A stretch of DNA of 64,000 nucleotides from an uncultured Thermoplasmata archaeon (GCA_964354755.1 CAYHBA010000004.1:12644-76643), one strand, 5' to 3'. Shown: positions 1-10,028, counted from the stretch's first letter. The notes: generated from the letters alone by a model not told the origin. Program-made: numbers and translations.

Positions 1-1
1 T

Positions 2-1993
2 ACGGGCAGCTCAAGAGCCCTGATAAACAACCTGGACCTTAGGGTAACATCATCAAATGGGACTATGTACTACGGTAACAACGGCCTGTGGGACAACCTT
101 TACTCTGTTTCCGGAACCGGGGTGAACCACTGGTCAACTTCCGGTGGCCACCGCGACGACCTGAACAATGTCGAGAATGTGTTCATACAGACGCCACAGG
201 CCGGCATATGGACGATAGAGGTTTCTGGTAGGACCGGTGATGTGGCGCAAGGACCGCAGGACTTCAGTCTGGTGTCATCCGGGGCCATGTTTCCCATCCC
301 CTCAGAGGGAAGCATAGTGCTCGACTCCGAGCTGTACCCGAGAGAGGCCACAGTCGGCATGGAAGTGGTGGACAGGGACCTGAACACAGATCCCTTTACC
401 GCGCAGACTGTGAACGTTAACCTGAAGAGCATTGCCGAGCCTGCCGGCGAAACCACAATTCTCACCGAGACCGGCCCGAACACCTGCACATTCCAGGGGA
501 CGAAGAATATATCCGGCACCAACTCGGCCGGCGTTGTCTGGGTGAACGCGATGGACACAATCACAGCCACCTACGACGATGCGGATGATGGCACGGGCAA
601 TCCCGCGGTCGTAACGGACACTGCTGCTGTGGACGGGCTCGCGCCAGCTGCGCCGAGCGGTTTGACAGTGCAACACTGGGGCATGACTTCAGGCAACGAA
701 GTTCGGTTCATGAGGGGTATCGCCAGCGAGGCCAATGTCAACGGTCTCACCGCCTACCTTGCCGGAACCACGCAATCCACAACGGCGGCCAATGCTGGCA
801 ATCTCGGAAACAATGTCAACTTATATGCGGGCATCAGGGCGTGGGTGCGCCACTCTGGTGGTGCTGAGACTGAGTTAACAGCCGGCACGGCCGTCGCCCT
901 TGTCTACGGTAATGCCACGGGCACTTATTCGGCACTTTGGACCCCGCCCTTCACAGTCCTAGCACCCACAGATTCGGTCGTTGTCAGGTTCTATGTCAAC
1001 ACAGCCACCCCGCCGACCACTGTCCGGGCCACTTTCACGACCGAGCAGCTTGGGGCCACCCAGCTTGACGCAAACTTGTGGAACATGACATATTTCCTCA
1101 GGAAAGGCACTGTCGCGCAAGGGGGCTCGTCCCTGCTCTGGGGTACGACAGCATACAACACGAGGATATCCGGGTTCTCCTGGAAATCGACTGCGAACTA
1201 CCAGGACCATAACACACTGAACTGGACTCACAATGGCGCGGACGTTGACCATTATGTGATATACCGTTCGGAGGTAAATTCTGGGCCCTGGGACGAATCC
1301 CATGTCATAGACTCAGTCCCGGTCGGAACCAACACCTACACGGACTTCAACAGGGGCCTGGGCGACAGCATCATCTGGTGGTATGTCGTGCGGGCTGAGG
1401 ACGATATGGGCAACCGTGAAGCGAACATGAATTCAATACCTGAACCGGGCGCTGCACCGCCGTATGCTATCAATCTTGCCGGAAAAAGCGCCAACAGCTG
1501 GGTATTCGTATCCTTCCCGAGCGACATCACTGGCAATATACAGGACATACTGAACGACGCGGCTGCTGGCGACGGAGCCACAACATGGACGGTTGCCAAG
1601 TGGTTCAACAAACAGACACCATCTGACCCGTGGAAGACGTATAGGGTCGGAAGCACTGTCAACGACCTTGCGACAATATCCAGCACCATGGGCGTGTGGC
1701 TTTGGATAACGGCCAATGGCGGAGACCAAGCGCTCACGCTGAACGCTTATGTTGCACCATCCGCGACCGCGGTGGCCATCAATCTGTACACAGGCTGGAA
1801 CATGGTCGGATACCCCACCATGACGAGCAGAGCGGAATCAGCCACGCTGCCCGTACAAGCGGACTATGTGGCAGTGTGGCAGGCTGCAACGCCATACATA
1901 ACGCAGCATGCCAAGGGAGCCACACCGATGTCCCACGGAAACGCATACTGGGTGCATGTCACAGCAGACTGTGTGTGGACTGTGCAGCCATAA
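2..1993 (+). CDS. Secreted subtilisin-like (peptidase S8) multidomain protein, 5' end outside window; paralog of 2121..5804
   Basis: The frame is open from nt 2 (TGSSRALINNLDLRVTSSNGTMYYGNNGLW...). It is colinear without indels with the C-terminal ~663 codons of the next gene (constant offset 3811 nt). It contains a P-domain-like segment, a beta-sandwich module, an FN3 with a large insertion, and the shared 176-aa C-terminal domain. Confidence 0.85.
   Translation, partial: TGSSRALINNLDLRVTSSNGTMYYGNNGLWDNLYSVSGTGVNHWSTSGGHRDDLNNVENVFIQTPQAGIWTIEVSGRTGDVAQGPQDFSLVSSGAMFPIPSEGSIVLDSELYPREATVGMEVVDRDLNTDPFTAQTVNVNLKSIAEPAGETTILTETGPNTCTFQGTKNISGTNSAGVVWVNAMDTITATYDDADDGTGNPAVVTDTAAVDGLAPAAPSGLTVQHWGMTSGNEVRFMRGIASEANVNGLTAYLAGTTQSTTAANAGNLGNNVNLYAGIRAWVRHSGGAETELTAGTAVALVYGNATGTYSALWTPPFTVLAPTDSVVVRFYVNTATPPTTVRATFTTEQLGATQLDANLWNMTYFLRKGTVAQGGSSLLWGTTAYNTRISGFSWKSTANYQDHNTLNWTHNGADVDHYVIYRSEVNSGPWDESHVIDSVPVGTNTYTDFNRGLGDSIIWWYVVRAEDDMGNREANMNSIPEPGAAPPYAINLAGKSANSWVFVSFPSDITGNIQDILNDAAAGDGATTWTVAKWFNKQTPSDPWKTYRVGSTVNDLATISSTMGVWLWITANGGDQALTLNAYVAPSATAVAINLYTGWNMVGYPTMTSRAESATLPVQADYVAVWQAATPYITQHAKGATPMSHGNAYWVHVTADCVWTVQP
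296..1993 (+). repeat. 1698-nt 3' cassette, copy 1 (direct repeat)
   Basis: From codons IPSEG to the stop. Same length and no indels relative to 4107..5804 and 8317..10014. Confidence 0.85.
1463..1990 (+). other. Shared C-terminal domain (CTD), copy 1, 176 aa
   Basis: YAINLAGKSANSWVFVSFP...TGWNMVGYP...[18 protein letters not shown]-stop. Confidence 0.85.
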
Positions 1994-2120
1994 AACACGA
2001 AACAGAATGGGGGGCCGATCGACTCCCCTCCTTTTCCAATTTTTCATTATTCTTTTGAATAGGTATTAATACTCATTAAGCAATACGTAAATGTCACAAA
2101 TAAGTGTTTAGCACGGATGC

Positions 2121-5100
2121 ATGGCACCGTTTTACATAATGTGGCGCAAGGAGCCGGGTGTTTGTATGTTCGGAGAAACAAGGGCGAAATATTGTGGGTT
2201 GGCAGTGTTGATTGTAGCGGCAGTTTTGTTGGTTCCAACGACTTTGACATTTGCGAGACAAACAGCTGTTGAAAATACCACAGAAAATTATTACTTAGTG
2301 ACATTTTCCGAGCTTCCGTCCGACTGCCTAAGGCTCGAATTGGCAGAGGCTTTTGACATGGAGTTCTTGGAGTACCACCAGGACAATACCTACATGGTCA
2401 AGGCGCCTGTTGACCGCATCGATCAGATTTCGGCAATGCCGCAGGTTGCGGGCGTGGTACAATATGCTCCAGCCCAGAAGATTGCGTCCGAGTTGCATCA
2501 TCTTACGGGCCCAGTGTCCCTACGCGTGGACCTGCACTCGGGCAACTATGTTCAGGCCGTCGCCCAAATCCTGGAGGGCTTGGGCGCCAGCGTGACCAAG
2601 ACAAACTCGGTTGTTGTCGATTACCTGTACTGCGACGTCGACGCATCAGCCATACCGGAGATTGCCGACATAGTCCAAGTCAAGTCCATCTATCCCCAGG
2701 GCGAGAAGTCGACCTTCATGAACCTGATATCCTCCAATCCATACATGGGGAGCGACACACCCCAGGCGAACGCATTCCTGGGCAGCGGCATACTGGCAGA
2801 GGTTCAGGACAATGGCATCGACCGCCTTCATATAGACCTGCAGAACGTTGATTATACGGACGGAAGTGTCGTCGCAGATGCCCACGGGACATGCACGAGC
2901 GGCGAGATGTTCGGCACCGGCACGGGAGACTCGGATGCCCTGGGAAGCTTGCCCCAGGCAGTTGGGGCATTCGCAGACTGGGGAACGGGAAATGCCGTTT
3001 CGATTGCAAACCTATGGAACGGCGACTTCAACGAAGGCTCAGCCGGCATGAACGGCATCGTGCAGACCAATTCATGGTATGCCGGTGGCACGATGGACGG
3101 CGGCTACGCCCCGGTATCGAACGAGATTGACAACGCTGCGCGGGACTATCCCCATGTGCTGAACCATTGGGCCATCGGTAACAGCAACCAGGGAACCCAA
3201 CTTGGCGGCATGAGCTGGGACAGCTCGGGCAAGAACAGCATCGCGGTCGGGGCGATATTCCACGGCGATACGGCGGCCCTAAACGATGACGAATGGCATG
3301 ACGCGGGCGCGGGCATGACTCCGTCTAGGGGTCCGTGCGCCGACGGAAGGCAGCACCCAGACATGTGCGGGCCGTTCGACTGGATATATACTGTGGACTG
3401 GAGCGGAGCCAACGGGTATGCACCCGGTAACTATTACGATGATTTCGGAGGCACGAGCGGCGCCACCCCCAGCGTTGCAGGCTGTTCAGGCCTTACTTAC
3501 GAGATGTACCGTGAAAACTTCTTCGGAAACAATCCCGGCGGCGCATGGCCGTACTCGTGCACGGTAAAGGCATTGATGATTGCGGACGCCCACCAATACA
3601 TGATAGGCATCAACTCCATTGACAGAAATGTGGAGGGCTGGGGAACTCCGGACATGGAGAACATGTACAACCTGGGGGCCGAATACCATATGATAGACGA
3701 ATACCCTCAGGCCTTGTCCTCGGGCGGCATCTGGACCCGCGCCGTGTATAGCGACGGCGTCCACCCGTTGAAGATCACGCTCTGCTGGATAGATCCGGCC
3801 GCGCCCGGGACCACAGGCCACGCGAGAGCCCTCATTAACAACCTGGACCTGAAGGTGACGTCACCAGGCGGCACTGTCTACTATGGCAATAACGGCCTCT
3901 GGGGCAACCTTGACTCCACTTCGGGCACAGGAGTCAACCACTGGTCGTTGTCAAGCAGCTACAGAGACGACCTGAACAATCTCGAGAACGTGTTCATGCA
4001 GACGCCGCAGCTCGGCATATGGACGATAGAAGTCTCAGGCAGAACTGGCGATGTCGCTCAGGGCCCGCAAGACTTCAGTCTGGTGTCATCCGGAGCAATG
4101 GAACCGATCCCCTCCCAGGGAACAATGACGCTCGACTCCGAGCTGTACCCGAGGGAAGCTACCGTCTCAATGGAGGTTGTGGACAGGGACCTGAACACTG
4201 ATCCCTTTTCCGCGCAGACCGTCAACATTAACCTGAAGAGCGTAGCCGAGCCTGCCGGCGAAACTACCATTCTCACCGAGACAGGCCCGAACACCTGCAT
4301 ATTCCAAGGGACCGGAACCATATCTGGCACCAATTCAGCCGGCGTTGTCTGGGTGAATGTGGTGGACACGATCACAGCCACCTACAACGATGCAGATGAC
4401 GGCACGGGCAGTCCAGCCATCGTGACTGACACTGCCGCGGTGGACGGTGCCGCACCCACTGCACCAAGCGGCCTAACCGTGCAACACTGGGGCCTTGTCA
4501 CAGGCAACGAGGTTCGGTTCATGAGGGGCGTAGCCAGCGAAGCCAATGTCAACGGCCTCACCGCCTACCTTGCCGGAACCGCCCAATCCACGACATCGGC
4601 CAATGCTGGCAATCTCGGAAACAATGTCAACCTGTATGCGGGCATCAGGGCATGGGTGCGCCACTCTGGCGGGACAGAGACAGAGTTAACCGCCGGTACG
4701 GCCGCGGCTGTTGTCTACGGCAATGGCACGGGCACTTATTCGTCCCTTTGGACCCCGCCCTTCACAATACTGCAACCCACAGATTCGGTCGTTGTCAGGT
4801 TCTACGTCAACACTGCCACACCGCCGACCACTGTCCGGGCGACTTTCACGACCGAGCAGCTTGGGGCCACCCAGCTTGACGCAAATTTGTGGAACGTGAC
4901 ATATTTCCTTAGGAAAGCCGGCATTGCGCAGGGCGGCTCGTCCCTGGTCTGGGGGACGACATCATATGACACGAGGATTTCCGGTTTCTCCTGGAAATCG
5001 GCTGCGAACTACCAGGACCACAACACGCTCAACTGGACGCACACGGGCGCGGACGTTGACCATTATGTGATATACCGCTCGGAGATGAGTTCCGGACCCT

Positions 5101-5804
5101 GGGACGAATCCCATGTCATAGACACAGTCCCGGTCGGAACCAACACCTACACGGACTTCAACAGGGGCCTGGGCGACACCACCATCTGGTGGTATGTCGT
5201 GCGCGCAGAGGACGGGATAGGTAACCGCGAGTCCAACACCATCTCGGTGCCCGAACCCGGCGCCGCGCCGCCGTATGCCATAAACCTTGCCGGCAAAAGC
5301 GCCAACAGCTGGGTATTCGTATCCTTCCCGTCCGCGACCAGCGGCAATATCCAGACCATACTGAACGACGCCACCGTCGGCGACGGGCTCACGACCTGGA
5401 CCGTAGCCAAGTGGTTCAACATACAGACGCCTTCAGATCCGTGGAAGACCTACAGGGTCGGAAGCACTGTCAACGACCTCACGACGATATCCAGCACCAT
5501 GGGCGTGTGGCTCTGGATAACGGCCAACGGCGGGGACCAAGCGCTCACGCTGAACGCTTATGCGGCACCGGCCGCGACCCCGGTGACCATCAATCTGCGC
5601 ACAGGCTGGAACATGGTCGGATACCCGAGCATGACAAGCAGGTCAGAATCCGCCACCCTGCCGGCAGCGGCAGACTTCGTCGCAACCTGGCAGGCTGCAA
5701 CGCCATACATAACACAGCATGCAAAGGGAGCAAGCATGATGTCCCACGGAAACGCATACTGGGTGCATGTCACGGCAGACTGCACATGGTCTGTAAACCC
5801 GTAA
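2121..5804 (+). CDS. Secreted subtilisin-like serine protease (peptidase S8) with 565-aa shared tail
   Basis: 1227-aa ORF. Hydrophobic signal/anchor GLAVLIVAAVLLVPTTLTFA. Subtilase triad motifs AEVQDNGID (Asp), HGTCTSGEMFG (His) and GGTSGATPSVAGCSG (Ser). The true start may be ATG 2166 (AAGGAG at 2148-2153). Confidence 0.9.
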   Translation: MAPFYIMWRKEPGVCMFGETRAKYCGLAVLIVAAVLLVPTTLTFARQTAVENTTENYYLVTFSELPSDCLRLELAEAFDMEFLEYHQDNTYMVKAPVDRIDQISAMPQVAGVVQYAPAQKIASELHHLTGPVSLRVDLHSGNYVQAVAQILEGLGASVTKTNSVVVDYLYCDVDASAIPEIADIVQVKSIYPQGEKSTFMNLISSNPYMGSDTPQANAFLGSGILAEVQDNGIDRLHIDLQNVDYTDGSVVADAHGTCTSGEMFGTGTGDSDALGSLPQAVGAFADWGTGNAVSIANLWNGDFNEGSAGMNGIVQTNSWYAGGTMDGGYAPVSNEIDNAARDYPHVLNHWAIGNSNQGTQLGGMSWDSSGKNSIAVGAIFHGDTAALNDDEWHDAGAGMTPSRGPCADGRQHPDMCGPFDWIYTVDWSGANGYAPGNYYDDFGGTSGATPSVAGCSGLTYEMYRENFFGNNPGGAWPYSCTVKALMIADAHQYMIGINSIDRNVEGWGTPDMENMYNLGAEYHMIDEYPQALSSGGIWTRAVYSDGVHPLKITLCWIDPAAPGTTGHARALINNLDLKVTSPGGTVYYGNNGLWGNLDSTSGTGVNHWSLSSSYRDDLNNLENVFMQTPQLGIWTIEVSGRTGDVAQGPQDFSLVSSGAMEPIPSQGTMTLDSELYPREATVSMEVVDRDLNTDPFSAQTVNINLKSVAEPAGETTILTETGPNTCIFQGTGTISGTNSAGVVWVNVVDTITATYNDADDGTGSPAIVTDTAAVDGAAPTAPSGLTVQHWGLVTGNEVRFMRGVASEANVNGLTAYLAGTAQSTTSANAGNLGNNVNLYAGIRAWVRHSGGTETELTAGTAAAVVYGNGTGTYSSLWTPPFTILQPTDSVVVRFYVNTATPPTTVRATFTTEQLGATQLDANLWNVTYFLRKAGIAQGGSSLVWGTTSYDTRISGFSWKSAANYQDHNTLNWTHTGADVDHYVIYRSEMSSGPWDESHVIDTVPVGTNTYTDFNRGLGDTTIWWYVVRAEDGIGNRESNTISVPEPGAAPPYAINLAGKSANSWVFVSFPSATSGNIQTILNDATVGDGLTTWTVAKWFNIQTPSDPWKTYRVGSTVNDLTTISSTMGVWLWITANGGDQALTLNAYAAPAATPVTINLRTGWNMVGYPSMTSRSESATLPAAADFVATWQAATPYITQHAKGASMMSHGNAYWVHVTADCTWSVNP
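4107..5804 (+). repeat. 1698-nt 3' cassette, copy 2
   Basis: See copy 1. Contains a 319-bp tract (5011..5329) identical to 9221..9539. Confidence 0.85.
5274..5801 (+). other. Shared CTD, copy 2, 176 aa
   Basis: Same module, ends [16 protein letters not shown]-stop. Confidence 0.85.
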
Positions 5805-5815
5805 CAATGAATAAT

Positions 5816-5850
5816 GCCGGCGTTCCTACGAACGCCGGCCCATTTGATTT
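5816..5850 (+). terminator. Hairpin plus T-rich tract after S8 gene
   Basis: GCCGGCGTT-cctacg-AACGCCGGC (9-bp stem), then CCATTTGATTTC. Confidence 0.5.
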
Positions 5851-5935
5851 CAATCTTCAATATCATGAAATACGTTATTATTAATTAACCTTGAACAGCA
5901 GGTTATAAATACTATGAAAATGGTAATTCACATAC

Positions 5936-5945
5936 ATTTAAATAT
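5936..5945 (+). promoter_or_regulatory. TATA-box-like element upstream of C11 gene
   Basis: ATTTAAATAT about 47 nt upstream of ATG 5992. Confidence 0.4.
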
Positions 5946-5991
5946 TTCGCGCTCATTGATTATCCAGATGATTTCAAAAGGAGATTGAACC

Positions 5992-8900
5992 ATGAAATCT
6001 AAAGTTTTGAAGAACGTGGCAGTGGTGGTATTGGCAGTTCTGATGGCCCTGCCAGTCGGAATGGCAGTGGGCAGCAATGAACCGGTAACTGATGCCGGAA
6101 TGGGCGATTCGCCCGGGTTTGCTTTCGGGGAAAGGGCCGTTGCAAGCCTCGGCGACTCGAATTACGAGGTCTGGGTCGAGGGTCCGCAGCATGATGCAAG
6201 GCTGATGTTCGCGATGAGCTCCGGCTCAGGCGGGTGGACCGGGCCAAAACAGATTACTGGCTCGGAATTCAACCCGATGAGCGTTCAGATGGTGGCGGGA
6301 AGCCAGACATTGCATGTTGTATGGCAGGACGGCCTGACCAAACTTCTGCGAACAGGATACATGACAATTAATGCGGGCGGCAAGTGCTCTGAACCGACAG
6401 TATTCCAGGGCGAGAAACCATCGTTGGCCATATGCGGCGAGACTGTTGCATTTTCATATATATATTTTGGAACTACGAATGTCCAAGTGAGCCATGACTC
6501 GGGCATCGGATTTACATCTTACACCATTTTTGACGGACTATTCAGCCAGAACAACCGGTTATCTTTCAGTGAGGGCAAACTCGAGGCCGTTGCCAGCGCA
6601 GGCATAAGAGACCAGGAAACCGGCCAACTCTCCTCAAGGGGATTATACTATACTTCCTTTGATGACCTATCATGGTCTATGCCTAGCATGATCGCAGAAG
6701 CAGGCCCGGTCAACGACCTATCATTTACCGAAGGCACTCTGACCTGGACCGAGACTTCGGATTTCACAAAGAACTCGTATGAAATGACAGAAAATGGTCT
6801 GGGAATTTTCACCGACAAAGTTCTTGTTTCTTCTGAGAACATCCAGAAAACGCCTGCGGGAACGCAGCAGCCTCTGCCCAGGCTTCCCCCGAAGAAATGG
6901 ACATACATCGGCTATGTGGACGCCGATAACAGCCTTAACAGCTGCGGTCTGGAGGACCTTAATGAAATGGAACAGATTGGTTCTAATGCGGACCTCAACA
7001 TCATAGCCCTTTTTGACGGGAGCTCCAGCGGAGATTCGAAAGCCTATTATATCCAGCAGGATGCAAACATGGGCGCCATCACCTCGCCCCAGATACCGTT
7101 GAACACCATCAACTCCTCCTGGGGCATGGAGCTAAACATGGGCGCTCCTCAAACATCAATCGATTTCGTGAATTATATTTATGTGAATTATCCAGCCGAA
7201 CACTACATGTGGGACATGTGGGACCACGGTGGCAGCTGGCTTTACGGCATGTGCTCCGACGATACGAATGGCGATGACTATACTATGCTCGAAGTGCGCA
7301 CGATATACGAAACATTAAGGATAGACAACAGCAAACTAAAACTGTTCGACGTGGCCGGCTATGACGAATGCCTGATGTCGGATGTGGAGGTCGACTATGA
7401 TGAAATCCCGTTCATCGATTACATCTGCAACTCTGAGGACAGCATCCCCGGGGACGGCTGGGAGTACAACATGGTGCTCGGCCCGTTGGCGGCGAATCCT
7501 GACATGGGCGGCGAGCGAGCAGCCTGGCTAATATTCGATGCATACGTCGATTATTATGGGACGAACAGCGGCCCCACAATGTCAATAATCAACTCGACAG
7601 TGTTCTTCTACGAGTTGATTCCTGCGATTAACAACCTCGCCCAGAAAGGCATTCATAACATTACGGCAAACAGGGCTGTGCTGCAATCGGCGGCCAATAA
7701 TGCAAAATCATGGCAGGGTTATACTTGGAACAAGGACCTAATAGATTTCTGCAACAGGGCCGTTGCCGCACTCCCGGCCAACGAGATAAAGACAGCCGCG
7801 CAGGGCGTGGTAACGGCAGGAGAGTCCAACCCGCCTGGCACACAGTACGGGGGGCCTTCATGGCAGCATGACAGGGCAATCCTCATCCACAACCAGAATT
7901 CCGGAGAGGAGGGCATCACGATATATGTGGCCAGTCCGCCTTATAACACCCTGTACAATACCCTGACATTCACCGAGAACAAGTGGGACGAGTTCTACAA
8001 GGTGCTGTGGGGCAGCGACGCCAGCGATCCGAACATCGAACCCGCCGTCATCATAACAAGCCCAGCGAATGGCGGTTACGTGACCATTGACGCATATGTG
8101 GTCATAAACGGGACAGCAAGCGACGCAGATGGCTCCGTCCAAGGTGTGGAGGTCTCAATGGACACAGAGCACTGGGAGCCGGCCACAGGCACGACCTCGT
8201 GGTCGTTCGGCTGGGACACTACAGGTTGGTCATTCGGCCCGCACTGGATTCAGGCGCGTTCATATGACGGCCAGGATTACAGCGCCCCTTACCAGATACA
8301 GGTCGAGATGGTTGATATTCCCTCCGAGGGAACAATTGAGCTCGACTCCGAGCTGTACCAACAAGAGGCCACGGTCGCCATGGAAGTGGTGGACAGAGAC
8401 CTGAACACAGATCCCTTGACCGCGCAGACCGTCAACATTAACCTGAAGAGCGTAGCCGAGCCTGCCGGCGAAACTACCATTCTCACCGAGACAGGCCCGA
8501 ACACCTGCATGTTCCAAGGGGCCGGAACCATATCCGGAACAAACTCAGCCGGCGTTGTCTGGGTGAACGCGATGGACACCATAACCGCCACCTACAACGA
8601 TGCAGATGACGGCACGGGCAGTCCCGCGGTCGTAACGGACACTGCCGCTGTGGACGGGCTCGCGCCGGCTGCGCCGAGCGGTCTGACAGTGGACCACTGG
8701 GGCATGATATCCAGCAACGAAGTCAGGTTCATGAGGGGTATCGCCAGCGAAGCCAATGTCAACGGCCTCACCGCCTACCTTGCCGGAACCGCCCAATCCA
8801 CAACGGTGGCCAATGCTGGCAATCTCGGAAACAATGTCAACTTGTATGCGGGCATCAGGGTGTGGGTGCGCCACTCCGGCGGCACCGAGACAGAGTTAAC

Positions 8901-10014
8901 TGCCGGCACGGCTGTCGCCATCGTCTACGGCACCGCCACGGGCACTTATTCAGCCCTTTGGACCCCGCCCTTCACAATCCTGCAACCCACAGATTCGGTC
9001 GTTGTCAGGTTCTATGTCAACACAGCCACCCCGCCGACCACGGTCCGAGCCACATTCACGACAGAGCAGCTCAGCGCGACCCAGCTTGATGCGGACGAAT
9101 GGAACATGACATATTTCCTCAGGAAAGCCGGCATAGCTCCGGGCGGCTCGTCCCTGGTCTGGGGGACGACAGCATATGACACGAGGATTTCCGGCTTCTC
9201 CTGGAAATCGTCGGCCAATTACCAGGACCACAACACGCTCAACTGGACGCACACGGGCGCGGACGTTGACCATTATGTGATATACCGCTCGGAGATGAGT
9301 TCCGGACCCTGGGACGAATCCCATGTCATAGACACAGTCCCGGTCGGAACCAACACCTACACGGACTTCAACAGGGGCCTGGGCGACACCACCATCTGGT
9401 GGTATGTCGTGCGCGCAGAGGACGGGATAGGTAACCGCGAGTCCAACACCATCTCGGTGCCCGAACCCGGCGCCGCGCCGCCGTATGCCATAAACCTTGC
9501 CGGCAAAAGCGCCAACAGCTGGGTATTCGTATCCTTCCCAAGCGACATCACCGGCAATATCCATACGATACTGGACGACGCTGCGGCCGGCGACGGACTC
9601 ACGACCTGGACAGTGGCCAAGTGGTTCAACATACAGACGCCCGCTGACCCGTGGAAGACATACAGGGTCGGAGTAACAACCAATGACCTCGCAACAATCA
9701 CGAATGCAATGGGCCTGTGGCTCTGGATAACGGCCAACGGCGGGGACCAGGCTCTCACGCTGAACGCTTATGCGGCACCGTCCACGACCCCGGTGACCAT
9801 CAATCTGCGCACAGGCTGGAACATGGTCGGTTACCCGACCATGACAAGCAGGTCAGAATCCGCCACGCTGCCGGCACAGGCAGACTTCGTCGCAACCTGG
9901 CAGGCTGCGACGCCATACATATCGCAACACGCCAAGGGCGCGGCCCTGTTGTCCAACGGGAACGCCTACTGGGTGCACGTGACGGCTGACTGCGTGTGGA
10001 CAGTACAGCCTTAA
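5992..10014 (+). CDS. Secreted clostripain-like cysteine peptidase (family C11) with Asp-box-like N-region, Ig-like domain and 565-aa shared tail
   Basis: 1340-aa ORF with GGAG 8 nt upstream. Signal peptide MKSKVLKNVAVVVLAVLMALPVGMAVG. C11 hallmarks WTYIGYVDADNSL, WDMWDHGGSW (His) and DVAGYDECLMSDVE (Cys). The last 1698 nt are a copy of the tail of the two S8 genes. Confidence 0.9.
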   Translation: MKSKVLKNVAVVVLAVLMALPVGMAVGSNEPVTDAGMGDSPGFAFGERAVASLGDSNYEVWVEGPQHDARLMFAMSSGSGGWTGPKQITGSEFNPMSVQMVAGSQTLHVVWQDGLTKLLRTGYMTINAGGKCSEPTVFQGEKPSLAICGETVAFSYIYFGTTNVQVSHDSGIGFTSYTIFDGLFSQNNRLSFSEGKLEAVASAGIRDQETGQLSSRGLYYTSFDDLSWSMPSMIAEAGPVNDLSFTEGTLTWTETSDFTKNSYEMTENGLGIFTDKVLVSSENIQKTPAGTQQPLPRLPPKKWTYIGYVDADNSLNSCGLEDLNEMEQIGSNADLNIIALFDGSSSGDSKAYYIQQDANMGAITSPQIPLNTINSSWGMELNMGAPQTSIDFVNYIYVNYPAEHYMWDMWDHGGSWLYGMCSDDTNGDDYTMLEVRTIYETLRIDNSKLKLFDVAGYDECLMSDVEVDYDEIPFIDYICNSEDSIPGDGWEYNMVLGPLAANPDMGGERAAWLIFDAYVDYYGTNSGPTMSIINSTVFFYELIPAINNLAQKGIHNITANRAVLQSAANNAKSWQGYTWNKDLIDFCNRAVAALPANEIKTAAQGVVTAGESNPPGTQYGGPSWQHDRAILIHNQNSGEEGITIYVASPPYNTLYNTLTFTENKWDEFYKVLWGSDASDPNIEPAVIITSPANGGYVTIDAYVVINGTASDADGSVQGVEVSMDTEHWEPATGTTSWSFGWDTTGWSFGPHWIQARSYDGQDYSAPYQIQVEMVDIPSEGTIELDSELYQQEATVAMEVVDRDLNTDPLTAQTVNINLKSVAEPAGETTILTETGPNTCMFQGAGTISGTNSAGVVWVNAMDTITATYNDADDGTGSPAVVTDTAAVDGLAPAAPSGLTVDHWGMISSNEVRFMRGIASEANVNGLTAYLAGTAQSTTVANAGNLGNNVNLYAGIRVWVRHSGGTETELTAGTAVAIVYGTATGTYSALWTPPFTILQPTDSVVVRFYVNTATPPTTVRATFTTEQLSATQLDADEWNMTYFLRKAGIAPGGSSLVWGTTAYDTRISGFSWKSSANYQDHNTLNWTHTGADVDHYVIYRSEMSSGPWDESHVIDTVPVGTNTYTDFNRGLGDTTIWWYVVRAEDGIGNRESNTISVPEPGAAPPYAINLAGKSANSWVFVSFPSDITGNIHTILDDAAAGDGLTTWTVAKWFNIQTPADPWKTYRVGVTTNDLATITNAMGLWLWITANGGDQALTLNAYAAPSTTPVTINLRTGWNMVGYPTMTSRSESATLPAQADFVATWQAATPYISQHAKGAALLSNGNAYWVHVTADCVWTVQP
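8317..10014 (+). repeat. 1698-nt 3' cassette, copy 3 (fused to a C11 head instead of S8)
   Basis: See copy 1. Confidence 0.85.
9484..10011 (+). other. Shared CTD, copy 3, 176 aa
   Basis: Same module, ends [16 protein letters not shown]-stop. Confidence 0.85.
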
Positions 10015-10028
10015 ACACGAATCAGAAT

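Noticed and set aside
1463-1990. PGF-CTERM / PEF-CTERM / archaeosortase sorting signal, or bacterial T9SS CTD, as the identity of the shared domain
   Set aside because: The domain has no terminal hydrophobic helix or basic tail. At about 170 aa it is roughly twice the size of a T9SS CTD. It also occurs internally in one protein. Only a functional analogy is retained, as a hypothesis.
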